Shown here one piece after another: positions 8,907-19,200 of a stretch of 26,250 nucleotides of DNA. The notes beneath the pieces were generated by a model. It saw nothing but the letters and a program-made list of their open reading frames with translations. It ran no database searches and was not told where the DNA came from. The translations under genes and the position numbers were made by a program. The DNA comes from a virus (taxonomy: Duplodnaviria > Caudoviricetes), in IMG/VR virus record IMGVR_UViG_3300005805_000414, positions 1-26,250 of that record; one strand, written 5' to 3'. Each line of letters begins with the position of its first letter. Position 1 is the stretch's first letter.

Positions 8907-8924
8907 TATTTTCTCCCTGTATCA

Positions 8925-8933
8925 ATTATATCA
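8925..8933 (-). promoter_or_regulatory. extended -10 promoter
   Basis: TGATATAAT right after the stop at 8934, followed by GGGAG SD and the ATG at 8906. Confidence 0.65.
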
Positions 8934-9443
8934 TTAAACATTGAATGGACCACCCTCATATAGCCTCAAAGTTGTATAGTCTCTAGTTATCGGATTTCCA
9001 GGAAGATAGACCTCTACTCTTAACCTATTTGGTGCAGAAGCTTGATCTACTCCATTAATTGTATATGTTGACGGGGTAATCAAAACAATGCTATTTGTTT
9101 CCACTCTCTGTTGATACAGCCAATCTCCATTAGTTCCATCGGTATTTTTATTCCATTTTACCCAAACATCATACTGCTTAGACTTAGAAATAACTGCAGA
9201 GTCTTTAGTTATAGATGCCTGATCCCAAACTACTGTAGTTATAGATCCTGAATTTACATGAGTAATGCTATTTGTAGTATATACATATCCTGGATCAATT
9301 GTTATTATCGGAGACCAATGCGAGTATCTATTTTTATCTTCTGATATAACTCTATATCTCAAAACATAAGCATCTTGCTCCGCATTTATTGGTGGAAGAT
9401 TCTCCCTTGAGATTCTAGCTTTTTTAATTATTTCATCAGCCAT
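8934..9443 (-). CDS. minor tail protein with Fn3/Ig-like motifs
   Basis: YVLRYRVISEDKNRYSHWS resembles the Fn3 signature YxFRVxA...SxWS; TAATG-coupled to the upstream tail gene. Confidence 0.55.
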   Translation of the reverse strand: MADEIIKKARISRENLPPINAEQDAYVLRYRVISEDKNRYSHWSPIITIDPGYVYTTNSITHVNSGSITTVVWDQASITKDSAVISKSKQYDVWVKWNKNTDGTNGDWLYQQRVETNSIVLITPSTYTINGVDQASAPNRLRVEVYLPGNPITRDYTTLRLYEGGPFNV

Positions 9444-10594
9444 TATGATACGCCCACAGAAAATCTAAACTCAACATAATTGCTTGTATTTGGTGATTTT
9501 ATTACAGTTTCTGCGTCAGTATTTTTTACTACAGAGTATCCGATTAGTCCATAAAGAGGATTTTCTGTAGCAATATTTTCTAATCTCATTGCATCAAACG
9601 CTACATAGTAATCAGATGATGGAATATCTGCTACCAAAACCGAAACATAAATTTTTACAACTGTTACATCTTGCCAAGTAAATCCAGAGCTTACATATAA
9701 TTCTTGTAGTTGTTTAGAAATAACAAAATATCTATTTGTTTCAAAGTCATATTCATTAGATCCAGTGCCGCTTCCATTTACAAGCTCTGCCTCAAATCTA
9801 GCAAATTCACTAGGAGAAGATGCATCTGTGTCTGCAAATTCAACCAAAACTCTTACTGTATCTGGAACGGCAGTATCATCTCCATCCTTATTAATTAAAG
9901 CAAAAGCTAATCTAAGTTCGTCTATCGGAGAGTTTTCTGAAAAATCTACTTTTGGATTAGTTAAATGTATATGGTATGAGCCATTCTCAATTACAAAATG
10001 ACCTTCTGATGCTCCAGTGGAGGCATCTATTGTTAAGTCTGCGGTATCTCCTTGCATCAAGATTGTGCTATTTAAAAATCTACATCTTTCATATCTATCA
10101 CTTCTAGACTGTTTAAAAAATATTGTGTTGTCTGAATTAGTTTGAAATACTGCATCTGGTACAGCAATAATATTATCATCTTCTGGATCATCTAGTGGAT
10201 CATCGTAGCTTGCTATTGCTGCTGTAGTAGCAGTATGATATTGCCAGTTTTCAGTTCTTGTAAATCCCATAACTGTTTTACTATCATAGGCCCCAGCTGA
10301 TGGGTTGGCTCCAGCAGAAAATATACCTATCTCAGATATTTCATATCTTTCTTCTGTTGGAAGCTCTGCTGTAAATACTATTTTTTCTGTTCCGCTATCA
10401 TTAATAATGCCTCTTGATGAAATTGGAACCCTAAACATTTCAAAATCTAGATTTTCTTTTAAAGAATAATCTCCATACGGGTCTGCTGTAAGCAATGGGG
10501 TTGGACCGCAACCGATAGCTATATACGATGCATATGCTGGTGTTTGACCAAGCATATACTTGCCAATTATGCCTTTGCCTTTATTTGTTATCAT
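9443..10594 (-). CDS. minor tail/baseplate protein (tail-collar-fibre-like N-terminus, inserted beta-sandwich)
   Basis: MITNKGK...YIAIGCG...LDFEMFRVP...FTAELP...ISEIGIF resembles the tail-collar fibre (DUF3751-like) pattern; 383 aa, acidic and beta-rich. Confidence 0.6.
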   Translation of the reverse strand: MITNKGKGIIGKYMLGQTPAYASYIAIGCGPTPLLTADPYGDYSLKENLDFEMFRVPISSRGIINDSGTEKIVFTAELPTEERYEISEIGIFSAGANPSAGAYDSKTVMGFTRTENWQYHTATTAAIASYDDPLDDPEDDNIIAVPDAVFQTNSDNTIFFKQSRSDRYERCRFLNSTILMQGDTADLTIDASTGASEGHFVIENGSYHIHLTNPKVDFSENSPIDELRLAFALINKDGDDTAVPDTVRVLVEFADTDASSPSEFARFEAELVNGSGTGSNEYDFETNRYFVISKQLQELYVSSGFTWQDVTVVKIYVSVLVADIPSSDYYVAFDAMRLENIATENPLYGLIGYSVVKNTDAETVIKSPNTSNYVEFRFSVGVS

Positions 10595-11100
10595 TATAGT
10601 TCCGCCTCATATATTGTACCACTAGTAGTAATCTGAACCTCTACCTGCTCGTCTAGCCTTAAGTTAGTTAGCTCTATGACAATATCTCCTGTAGAAGCAT
10701 CAAGATATACATTTCCACCTATTACGTTTTCTTCTTGTTTTGGTATTTTTGCGTCTAAGTTAATTCCAAAATTATTAAAATACTTATCTGATGTTTGCTG
10801 AAGGCTAACTATATTATTAGAATTAAAGGTTTTTTCAATCTTGTCTAAATTTCTAATTAAACTGTAAGAGACTTTTTGTCCATTAATCAAATCATTTCTA
10901 GCTACACTAATAAGTTCTTGTCCGCCAATATCTTCAAAAATAAGATCTGATATAACCTCAATTGGAACAGAATCATCATCAAAAAGAACAATATCTGGGG
11001 TTGCTGTTTTTACCTGTTGTTTTTTTGCAGAAGACAAGCTAGATAGATACATCGGAGAGTCTGGAGTAGCTGAGACTGATGGAATAATAATTTCTGCCAT
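10594..11100 (-). CDS. minor tail protein (hypothetical)
   Basis: 168-aa ORF tightly packed between tail-tip genes. Confidence 0.65.
   Translation of the reverse strand: MAEIIIPSVSATPDSPMYLSSLSSAKKQQVKTATPDIVLFDDDSVPIEVISDLIFEDIGGQELISVARNDLINGQKVSYSLIRNLDKIEKTFNSNNIVSLQQTSDKYFNNFGINLDAKIPKQEENVIGGNVYLDASTGDIVIELTNLRLDEQVEVQITTSGTIYEAEL
10613..10621 (-). promoter_or_regulatory. extended -10 promoter embedded in a gene end
   Basis: TGGTACAAT, then ATATGAGGCGGAACTATA, then the ATG at 10594. Confidence 0.5.
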
Positions 11101-11101
11101 T

Positions 11102-14100
11102 TTATACCTCGCTTAAATATACTTTCATATCTGGTCCATCTACATTACGATTATAGTCTATTTGATAAACCACAAACCTCTTATTTGGATCTATAATATT
11201 AACTGTATCGTCAGAATTGCTATATTCTACTGTTATTATATCTCCAAGTTGTAATATTGGAATAGAAAAAATATCTACTCCAACTAGCTGTTTTGGCTCC
11301 ATTGTTTTTTCAAGAATCCAACCTATTACATCTTCTGCTGCATCCTGTGTTTGAATATACGGTGATTCCAAAGAAAACTCATTTGTTCCATGAAGCAGTC
11401 TGCTAAGCTTTACCCTGTCGTACTTTTCTTTTTCTACTAGGACAGAGGTTAATAAAGAGCTGCCCATTAACTCTGGATCTGAAAAATTTGATCTCTTTTT
11501 AAAATATTCATCTACTGTTAATTCATGTGTAGTATCTTGTGTAAAAGTAATTCCCTGAATTCTTAAAAAATTTCCTGTTGTTTCATCTAGGTTTAAAGCA
11601 GAATCGGTTGCATTAAAAATTAAGAATTCTGCTCCATATGCGTCGGCATAAAATCCTGAAGTTACATATCCCCTAATTCCATTAATTATTGGAGATAGCT
11701 GAGCATATAAGGCTGGATATGCTTTATCATATCTAACATTAAAATATGAACACTCCCTCATAATTGTTCCAAATTCTTCAAAATACATATTATATTTTGG
11801 AGGTTGCTGACCACTAATTCCAGATAGGTATGTTTGCTGAACTACTCCGCTCATAGCATATTTTCTTAAAGATTCGTTAGCAGTTATTTTTGATTCTCCA
11901 AAAACTTCAGTAACATTGTCTGCAACATTAAATACAGTATTTTGAGAATAGTTTTCAGATATAGCATATATGTTTTCAAACATACATTTTGATGATCCTC
12001 TAACAAAAACTGCTATGTTATTATATACTGGTAGTGGATCTGTATCATCTACTGTAGCAATTAATTTATTATTAACATATAGATAAAATCTTCTGCTATT
12101 GGCAATATTTTCATACTCTACTGCAATGTCGTATACCGTTGGTTTTTCCTCATTACTAATTCTATACTGTCCAGTGAACTTGCCATCGTCCACTAACACG
12201 CTAGCAAATCCACCCCACAGCTTAATAGGAATGGCATTAGAGGTAGACTGATCCTTTTTAACTTTATAAAATACCAGATTACTGATTAAAGACTGTTCGC
12301 TAGTTTCTCCAAGATAAGATTCTACATTGTCTTCTGTTAAAGCAATAATCTCAAAATAATAACCAACATTAGTATCTGGATTTACCATAACTGCAATACC
12401 GCCAGAACCACCTCCTATATTAATATTTTGATTAGGTTGAACTCCAGGTACTTGATAATATGTTGTGCTGCCAACTGCAGTCTGTGGTCTTGATTCATTA
12501 TTTTCTATTTTTCCAACAATCCTCATTCTGGTTCCAAAATGTTTATATGGATTATCTAAATTTTTATAAATATAAGAAATAAAGTTTAAAGGAATATCAG
12601 TTGTTCTAAAAGATGGACCACTCATTACTAAAGCAGATGACTGAACCGTTCCCGACTGAGTTGACTTTAAGTTATTAAGGTTATTCTCAGATATATAGTT
12701 AGAGGACATAAAGTTTTTAATAATACCAGTCCTTGATGTTTGTCTAGCTAAGGAATCATTCTTCCCAGCTACCCCCAATTCTGTTGATGGTATTTCAAAA
12801 TCTGTTTGTGTTGTAAATAAATATTGAGACTGCATATCGCAACCACGCATATAAGAATTGTCTGACCAGTAGGTTGAAATTCCAGCACTGTGTGAGGCTA
12901 TCTGTGTTCCAAACTGAGCTCTTCCATGCGACGCAACACTACCGTTTTGCATTCTAGTTACACCGTCAACAACTTCATAGTATGGTTCTGTATAAATTCT
13001 AACTAACCCTGTAGGATATATTTTTCCGTTAAATGGTAAAACAGAAAAATATTTTTGATACTCTTGGTTACTACTAATCCAAACATTGCTGGATCCTTGA
13101 ACATATCCATCTGGAGCCTGTTGTCCTGGCTTTAATGGAAGTACTTCATTATCTGGCCCATACCAAACTGGCAAACTAATACTAAATTCAGCGGCGTCGT
13201 ATCTAATTATTTCTCCATTGGCATAAAAATATCCTTGATATCTTGTAAGCCAGTAAATATTTTCGCCAAGATCAATTGTATTATTTATAATTTGATGATT
13301 CTCTACGGTAGGTGGAACATTATCTAAATTAGAGTTAATTGGCATTGCTCCTAAAACATAGGATCCTTGCTTAGATGCTACCTCATTAATTGTTTTAGTT
13401 GTTTCTGTTCCAGAAACTTCCCAAAGTAGAGATGGCTTATATATCCATGTTTTTTCTGCATCAACCATGGATGCCTGTCTTATGCTTCCATATGATCTTT
13501 GTATATATCTAGTGGTATATGAAATTTTACCGTTATTGTAGATATTTCTATCTTGTAATGAAAGTGCAAAAATATTTGGCAAATTACCAGAGGATGAATT
13601 TTTTACTACTCCTGTATCTGTTTGATTATTTTTAGCAGATAATACAAAGCTTGCTGATCTTTGATCCTCTGAAGCAGTAAGATATCCCTTACTCATTATT
13701 ATAAAAGTATTATATTCATCAAAAAACATACTGCATTGAGCTGCTCTACATAGCTGCTCTAAAACTTCAGCAACATTTTGATCTGGAGCAACAAAAAAGT
13801 AAGGAATTACTAGCTCTTCTTCTCCATTTATTCTTAAGAACGAGTATCTAGAAAAACCTATAGAATCCAACAAAATACTAACAGCATAACTTAAAGATAC
13901 ATTTGTTAGAAATAATTGAGGTGCTGGCATAGATTCAAAATAAAAATATCTATCTCTTAAATCAATTGATATTTCGCTAGTTTGTCCGTCTACTTGTGGA
14001 ATGTTGTTAGAGAACAAGGTTTTGATTGGCACTCTATACTGTACTCCATCATCATCAGATACCGTTTCAAAAAAATTATAAAATACGTGCCTTGTTAAAT

Positions 14101-15580
14101 ATGGAGCCAAAAGACTAGATGTATTATTTGAATTAAATGATTGATCAATATCTAAAATATTGAGTGTTCCAGTTGATACAGAGATGCTTCCAGTAGGAAG
14201 CCCTGTTTCTGATAACCCCGATAGGGTTTTGGTTATATTAAAAGATGTTGCATAATTACTAAAATCTACAAGCAGTCTTGGAGACATTTCAATTAAATCA
14301 AAAGTGCAATCATTTTTGTTCATTGTATCTACTACAACTCTTAGGCCGCTGATATATTGAAACTCACGGTATTCTGTAATATTTCCAAATGTGTCTAAGA
14401 AAGATAGTGGATTTGTCACTTGTCTTACTACATTAGACTCATAGTTGTCTTCTTCAACAGCAAGCTGCCAACCATAACGTGGGTTTTCTGTATCATAGTC
14501 ATTTAACGTTGAGTTCCAAATATAAAACTGTCCTAATTCTCCCTCATTTTGTATAAGAAGATAGGCATGTCCATGATAAGATGTTTGTGGCAAAGCGTTT
14601 GTAGATGAAACTGTTCCCATGTATACAAAATAATCTTTATATAATTCTGGAACTATTAGACCATATGCAATATTTACCTGTCCATCACTATTTATAATTG
14701 GAGACCCATCTTCTCTAGTAGATGATTCATTAAAAGAATATGCATCTATCCAATTATTATTTTTTAAATATTGTATTCTCCATCTAACTGGCGTAGTTTT
14801 ATTTACATCTCCGTATAGTGGATCATTAAAGTTTTTAGAGCCATCACTCATTGTTCCTAAATCAACAGATCCAACATTAGTCTGCATTCTAACAACTATT
14901 TTATTAGTAGGCACAGGGTTTTTATAAACAACAAATGGTGCTGCATCAGTTATGAAATAATTATTATTTGAAATATAGTTAGATACTCCATATTCTGCAT
15001 TAAGATGTGGAGATCCATCTTGAATTGTTCCATCTTTATCGGTGAATGTTGGGGATGGCCCATAACCTATACTACTATCGTTATAAATATATTTATATGT
15101 TGTTTCTGTACGGTATGATGTCCAATACTTAAACTGATCGTACCTAGATGGCATATAATATCTTGGTCTTGCTGCAAAATCTTTACTACTATGATTTAAA
15201 TATTTATTATTAAAATATGTTGCTTTATTAATACCAGAGTTTGGTCTAAACGGTTTTAAGCAGTCTTCCAGCGAATATATTAGCTTTTCTTTTTCTTTAC
15301 CTGATTGAAATAATACTGGAGTATTTGTATTGTCTACTCCACCATCAACGATAATGTCTGCATTAGTAGCATTTGTATAATAATATCCATAATCGTATGG
15401 ATCAAATGTTGATGGAATAGTGGCATATTTAGTAGTATCAGCATAAGGCCTATATCTATAATTTCCGATTTTAAATATATTGTCTGGAAGATTCATGTTC
15501 CATCCAGCAATTATATTTGAATGAACGCTTACTTTTGATGAAGTTTCTAGATATGTCTTTAATGTTTCATTGACAAACAT
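11102..15580 (-). CDS. baseplate hub / tail-tip protein with a ConA/LamG-like insertion
   Basis: 1492 aa, second gene after the tape measure gene; hub-like motifs VAEVLEQLCRAAQCSMFFDEYN and SPYIQTQDAA...PILQLGDIITV; lectin-like segment YDIAVEY...FYLYVNNKLIATVDD. Confidence 0.72.
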   Translation of the reverse strand: MFVNETLKTYLETSSKVSVHSNIIAGWNMNLPDNIFKIGNYRYRPYADTTKYATIPSTFDPYDYGYYYTNATNADIIVDGGVDNTNTPVLFQSGKEKEKLIYSLEDCLKPFRPNSGINKATYFNNKYLNHSSKDFAARPRYYMPSRYDQFKYWTSYRTETTYKYIYNDSSIGYGPSPTFTDKDGTIQDGSPHLNAEYGVSNYISNNNYFITDAAPFVVYKNPVPTNKIVVRMQTNVGSVDLGTMSDGSKNFNDPLYGDVNKTTPVRWRIQYLKNNNWIDAYSFNESSTREDGSPIINSDGQVNIAYGLIVPELYKDYFVYMGTVSSTNALPQTSYHGHAYLLIQNEGELGQFYIWNSTLNDYDTENPRYGWQLAVEEDNYESNVVRQVTNPLSFLDTFGNITEYREFQYISGLRVVVDTMNKNDCTFDLIEMSPRLLVDFSNYATSFNITKTLSGLSETGLPTGSISVSTGTLNILDIDQSFNSNNTSSLLAPYLTRHVFYNFFETVSDDDGVQYRVPIKTLFSNNIPQVDGQTSEISIDLRDRYFYFESMPAPQLFLTNVSLSYAVSILLDSIGFSRYSFLRINGEEELVIPYFFVAPDQNVAEVLEQLCRAAQCSMFFDEYNTFIIMSKGYLTASEDQRSASFVLSAKNNQTDTGVVKNSSSGNLPNIFALSLQDRNIYNNGKISYTTRYIQRSYGSIRQASMVDAEKTWIYKPSLLWEVSGTETTKTINEVASKQGSYVLGAMPINSNLDNVPPTVENHQIINNTIDLGENIYWLTRYQGYFYANGEIIRYDAAEFSISLPVWYGPDNEVLPLKPGQQAPDGYVQGSSNVWISSNQEYQKYFSVLPFNGKIYPTGLVRIYTEPYYEVVDGVTRMQNGSVASHGRAQFGTQIASHSAGISTYWSDNSYMRGCDMQSQYLFTTQTDFEIPSTELGVAGKNDSLARQTSRTGIIKNFMSSNYISENNLNNLKSTQSGTVQSSALVMSGPSFRTTDIPLNFISYIYKNLDNPYKHFGTRMRIVGKIENNESRPQTAVGSTTYYQVPGVQPNQNINIGGGSGGIAVMVNPDTNVGYYFEIIALTEDNVESYLGETSEQSLISNLVFYKVKKDQSTSNAIPIKLWGGFASVLVDDGKFTGQYRISNEEKPTVYDIAVEYENIANSRRFYLYVNNKLIATVDDTDPLPVYNNIAVFVRGSSKCMFENIYAISENYSQNTVFNVADNVTEVFGESKITANESLRKYAMSGVVQQTYLSGISGQQPPKYNMYFEEFGTIMRECSYFNVRYDKAYPALYAQLSPIINGIRGYVTSGFYADAYGAEFLIFNATDSALNLDETTGNFLRIQGITFTQDTTHELTVDEYFKKRSNFSDPELMGSSLLTSVLVEKEKYDRVKLSRLLHGTNEFSLESPYIQTQDAAEDVIGWILEKTMEPKQLVGVDIFSIPILQLGDIITVEYSNSDDTVNIIDPNKRFVVYQIDYNRNVDGPDMKVYLSEV

Positions 15581-15581
15581 A

Positions 15582-16265
15582 TTAGACCTCTTCTAAGGTT
15601 ACTGATATATTCCAGAAATCAAAATTGCTACCGCCACGCTTTACAACAGAATAATTAAAATCTGCAAAGAATACTTCTACTATCTCATTATATTCTGCAA
15701 GATGATTATAGTCTGAAGCATCTTTGCCAAAATTTGCATAATTGTCATAAGCTAAAAACATCCAGAATGAACCTTGATGATTTTTATACCAATCTAAAAT
15801 TTCTACTCCACCAGCACCACCGTCTGCTGTATATTCTTTGCCTGCGTCATATGTTAGTCCGTCTGCTGTTCTAGTTGGCCTTCTAGGAACTAAAGGAGAA
15901 ACTCCGTCTGTAAAACCATCGGTAGAAAAATCAGGGACGGTATTGTATGATCTTGAAGGTAATAAATTCCAAGATACAGAAAATGACATTTTATCTGCTA
16001 TATGATAAGATCTCATTCTTCCATTAATAGTTCTCTTTCTGTTTTCAATTCTAATTGGATTAAAAGACATTTCTGATCTGTTGTGGTCTGAAAGAATAAT
16101 AAATTGATCTAAAAGATCTGGGTCTGTTTCATTTGTATCTGCCCCTACTTCATATCCATTTGGCACATATATACCACTACTAAGTGTCCCAGCATTATTG
16201 GACCACAAAATACCCTGTGGTCTTTGATATCTTTTACGACCAGACATATATGCGCTATTAGCCAT
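15582..16265 (-). CDS. distal tail protein (Dit-like)
   Basis: Directly follows the tape measure gene; RKRTINGRMRSYHIADKMSFSVSW and terminal WNISVTLEEV are typical of tube-fold Dit proteins. Confidence 0.72.
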   Translation of the reverse strand: MANSAYMSGRKRYQRPQGILWSNNAGTLSSGIYVPNGYEVGADTNETDPDLLDQFIILSDHNRSEMSFNPIRIENRKRTINGRMRSYHIADKMSFSVSWNLLPSRSYNTVPDFSTDGFTDGVSPLVPRRPTRTADGLTYDAGKEYTADGGAGGVEILDWYKNHQGSFWMFLAYDNYANFGKDASDYNHLAEYNEIVEVFFADFNYSVVKRGGSNFDFWNISVTLEEV

Positions 16266-19200
16266 TATATTCTTTGCCCTCTTACTCTTTGATTTTCAAT
16301 GTTTTTAATCTGCATCATAACTGCCCTTGCTATTTCTTCAGGATTTGATCCAGACTTAACATTTACATTTACACTATAATTATACACGCTATCGTAAGAA
16401 GATGTTCCAGAATTCATAGCTTTTAGTCTGTCTGTACCGTATTGAGCAACAGCATATTTACTCATAACGAATTCTCCAGGAGTCAACATAGCTGGTATTT
16501 TATCTGTTCCCCTTGCAAAACCTCCAACAGCCATATATTTTGGTTTTACTAAGCCGCCTCTTGCCATAAACAATTGATCTCCGCCACCGCCACCGCTACT
16601 ACCTCCAGAGTAATTTGGCGCTGTGACTATTCCAGCAATTTTATCGTATTGATCTTGTGCTTGTTTTAGTTTCTGTTTAGCGGCGTCTCGTCGATCTAAT
16701 AGTCTATCTATAAATGTAAAACTGCTTGTGGCTCTTGCGTTAGCAAGTTCATTTTCAATATTTTCTAATGCTAATGCTGCTGCATCAACTGCTTCTGCTG
16801 CTGCGATTAATTGATCTAATGCTGCCTCTTCTTCTGGGGTTGATTGTGGTGGAACATATTCTGTATTAGGGTTTGGTGTGCCTCCATTGCCACCACCGCC
16901 TCCACCGACTCCACCTGCTCCTGCTGCTGCAGCTTTTCTTGCTGCTTCCTCAATATCTTTCCACTTTTGTTCAATGCTCTCTAAAATTCCTAGTGTTGCA
17001 GTAATTACACCATTATATTCTCCAGCAGCAACCTTTGCAGCTATTTCTGCATCTTTGTCAGCTTCCCATGCATCTTTTCTTAATTCAATATCATCGAGTC
17101 GTGCCTGAAGCTGCTGTTTTATTTCTTCTAAATTCTTTTTTGCTTTATCTAAGATTTCAGTATCTGTAGCAAGTTGTCCAACTTTAATATCATATATTTG
17201 ATCTTCATATCCACGAATAATCAGCATTTCTGCTTTGCGCCTTGTTTCAAGAATATAAATCTGATCTTCGTTAGATTTAATAGCATCTAATAAAGGTTTT
17301 CTTCTTAACTCAATTTGATAAATTTCATCTTGTTTAATTTGAATTTGTGACTGTACTGCTTCACGCTTTTCCTCAAGTAAATAAATTTGTTGACTAATTG
17401 CAAATTGTTTTTCTTCTATCTGCTTTCTTGTTAATCCAGCAGAATTACGTAATTTATCTAGCGCAATTTGTCGCTGTGCCTGTATTTGTTCTTGAGCTTT
17501 ATTAGATGCAGATTCTGCTGCAGATGCTCTCATTTCCTGAGCCATTTGTGCTGCTGCAGAAATATCGCCCTGACTTAATGCATCTGCTAAACTTATCTGT
17601 TGTTTTTGCTGAGCTGCTATATCCTTGTTTAAATCTGAAATCTTATTAAGAGCCTTTTCTTGCAAATCATATTTTTCATTAATAGACTCTGCTTGCTTAT
17701 CCATTAATGTAAGATCATTAGATAGGTCAGAAGATGTTTCTTGTAGTGCTGCCATTGGTCTATCAAAGTCAAACTCAATACCACGCTCTATAATAGCAAT
17801 TTGTTCTTGGATTGCCTCAATAGGTCTATTAAAACTAGTTTCAATTTCTCTTTGTAAATTATCAATATCTGTCTGATAGTCTTCAATTCTTCTGGTTATC
17901 TCTATTTCTATATTTCTTTGTTTTTTATCAATTGTCTCTTGAAGGCCATCTATTTTCTTTTGAGTTGCATCTACGGCATCTTGTGCATCTTCAACTGCAT
18001 CCTCTGCAGCTTTAATTGGACGCTTAAAAGCACGTTGCGCTGCTCTCTCAAGGAATCCAAATAACTCATCTGCTTTACGACGCAACTCTTCTTTAGCCTC
18101 ATCTGCAGAAAGACCAAGAATAATATCGATTCTTTTCATTTCTGGTATTTGTTTAATATATGTAGCAAGTCGTTTAGAATCAATAGCACCATCTTGTAAG
18201 TCGTTTATAAATTCCCTGGCTAAATCTGGATTAGAAAATATTTCTTTAATATCTTCTGCCTTAAGTCCCAGTCCTTCTAACAAGGGAAGTATTTCAGCAA
18301 ATTGTTTCTTAAGATTTATTTCTGCTGTTCTTGTTTCAAAGAATGTACGAAGTTCACCATCAAGAAGTTCTTTATTAACATCTTTAATTAGTGTTTTTAA
18401 GATTTCCCATTGTGTTGTATCTAAGCTATCACTTGCTATTGCAGCAGCAAGAACAGAATCTGAAGCTATTTCAAACGCTCTTCCTGTTTCAACACCCATT
18501 GATTTTAATTTTTTATATGCCTTTTCTGTGTTTTGTAATTCTATTAATTGATCTTGAAGAGATTTTTTAGCCTTAGAAAATGGACCTTCTCCACCGCCAC
18601 CACCGCCACCAGAAAGTGCATCATTAAGTTTCTTTTGTAGTGCAACAGCATCGTCTATGGCTTTATTTAATAATTGCTGTGCACTAACTGCATCTCCTGT
18701 TTTTTTACCATATTCGGCTGCAAAATCTGCAGTTGGAAATTTTATTCCAAGATTTTTTAAATTTGCATCTGCAACCTTATTAATTGCTTCTGCTGATATA
18801 AATGCCATTGCTGCATTTACTATTAGATTTGATGATACTCCAGCAATTGCTGATTGAAGCAATAGCTGCTTTTGCTCTAAATTTTTTACACCCTTTGTTG
18901 CTTTAGCAAGTGATGGATCAATTGTTTTTAATACAGCATTAAATAACTTTAGTCTGGTTGTAGAATCTGGAACAGATTTTTCTATAGACTCAAACATAGA
19001 ACTAGTTAATTTTCTAAACTGATTTGCATCTATAGCGCTGCTTTTTACAAGACGATTTATGCTTTCTGAATATGATGCAATTCCTGCACTAGCATTTTTT
19101 AATGCTGCCTTTGCTTCTTTGTTAGGAACTAATGTTTCTATAATTTTTACTTGTGCCCCATAGCCAGTTCCAGTTGCTTGATACTTAAATGCTTTGTCTA

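Noticed and set aside
15815-15920. Repeated TADG/TDG peptides in the Dit-like protein
   Set aside because: Very short local duplication in a probable loop; no sign of a functional repeat array.
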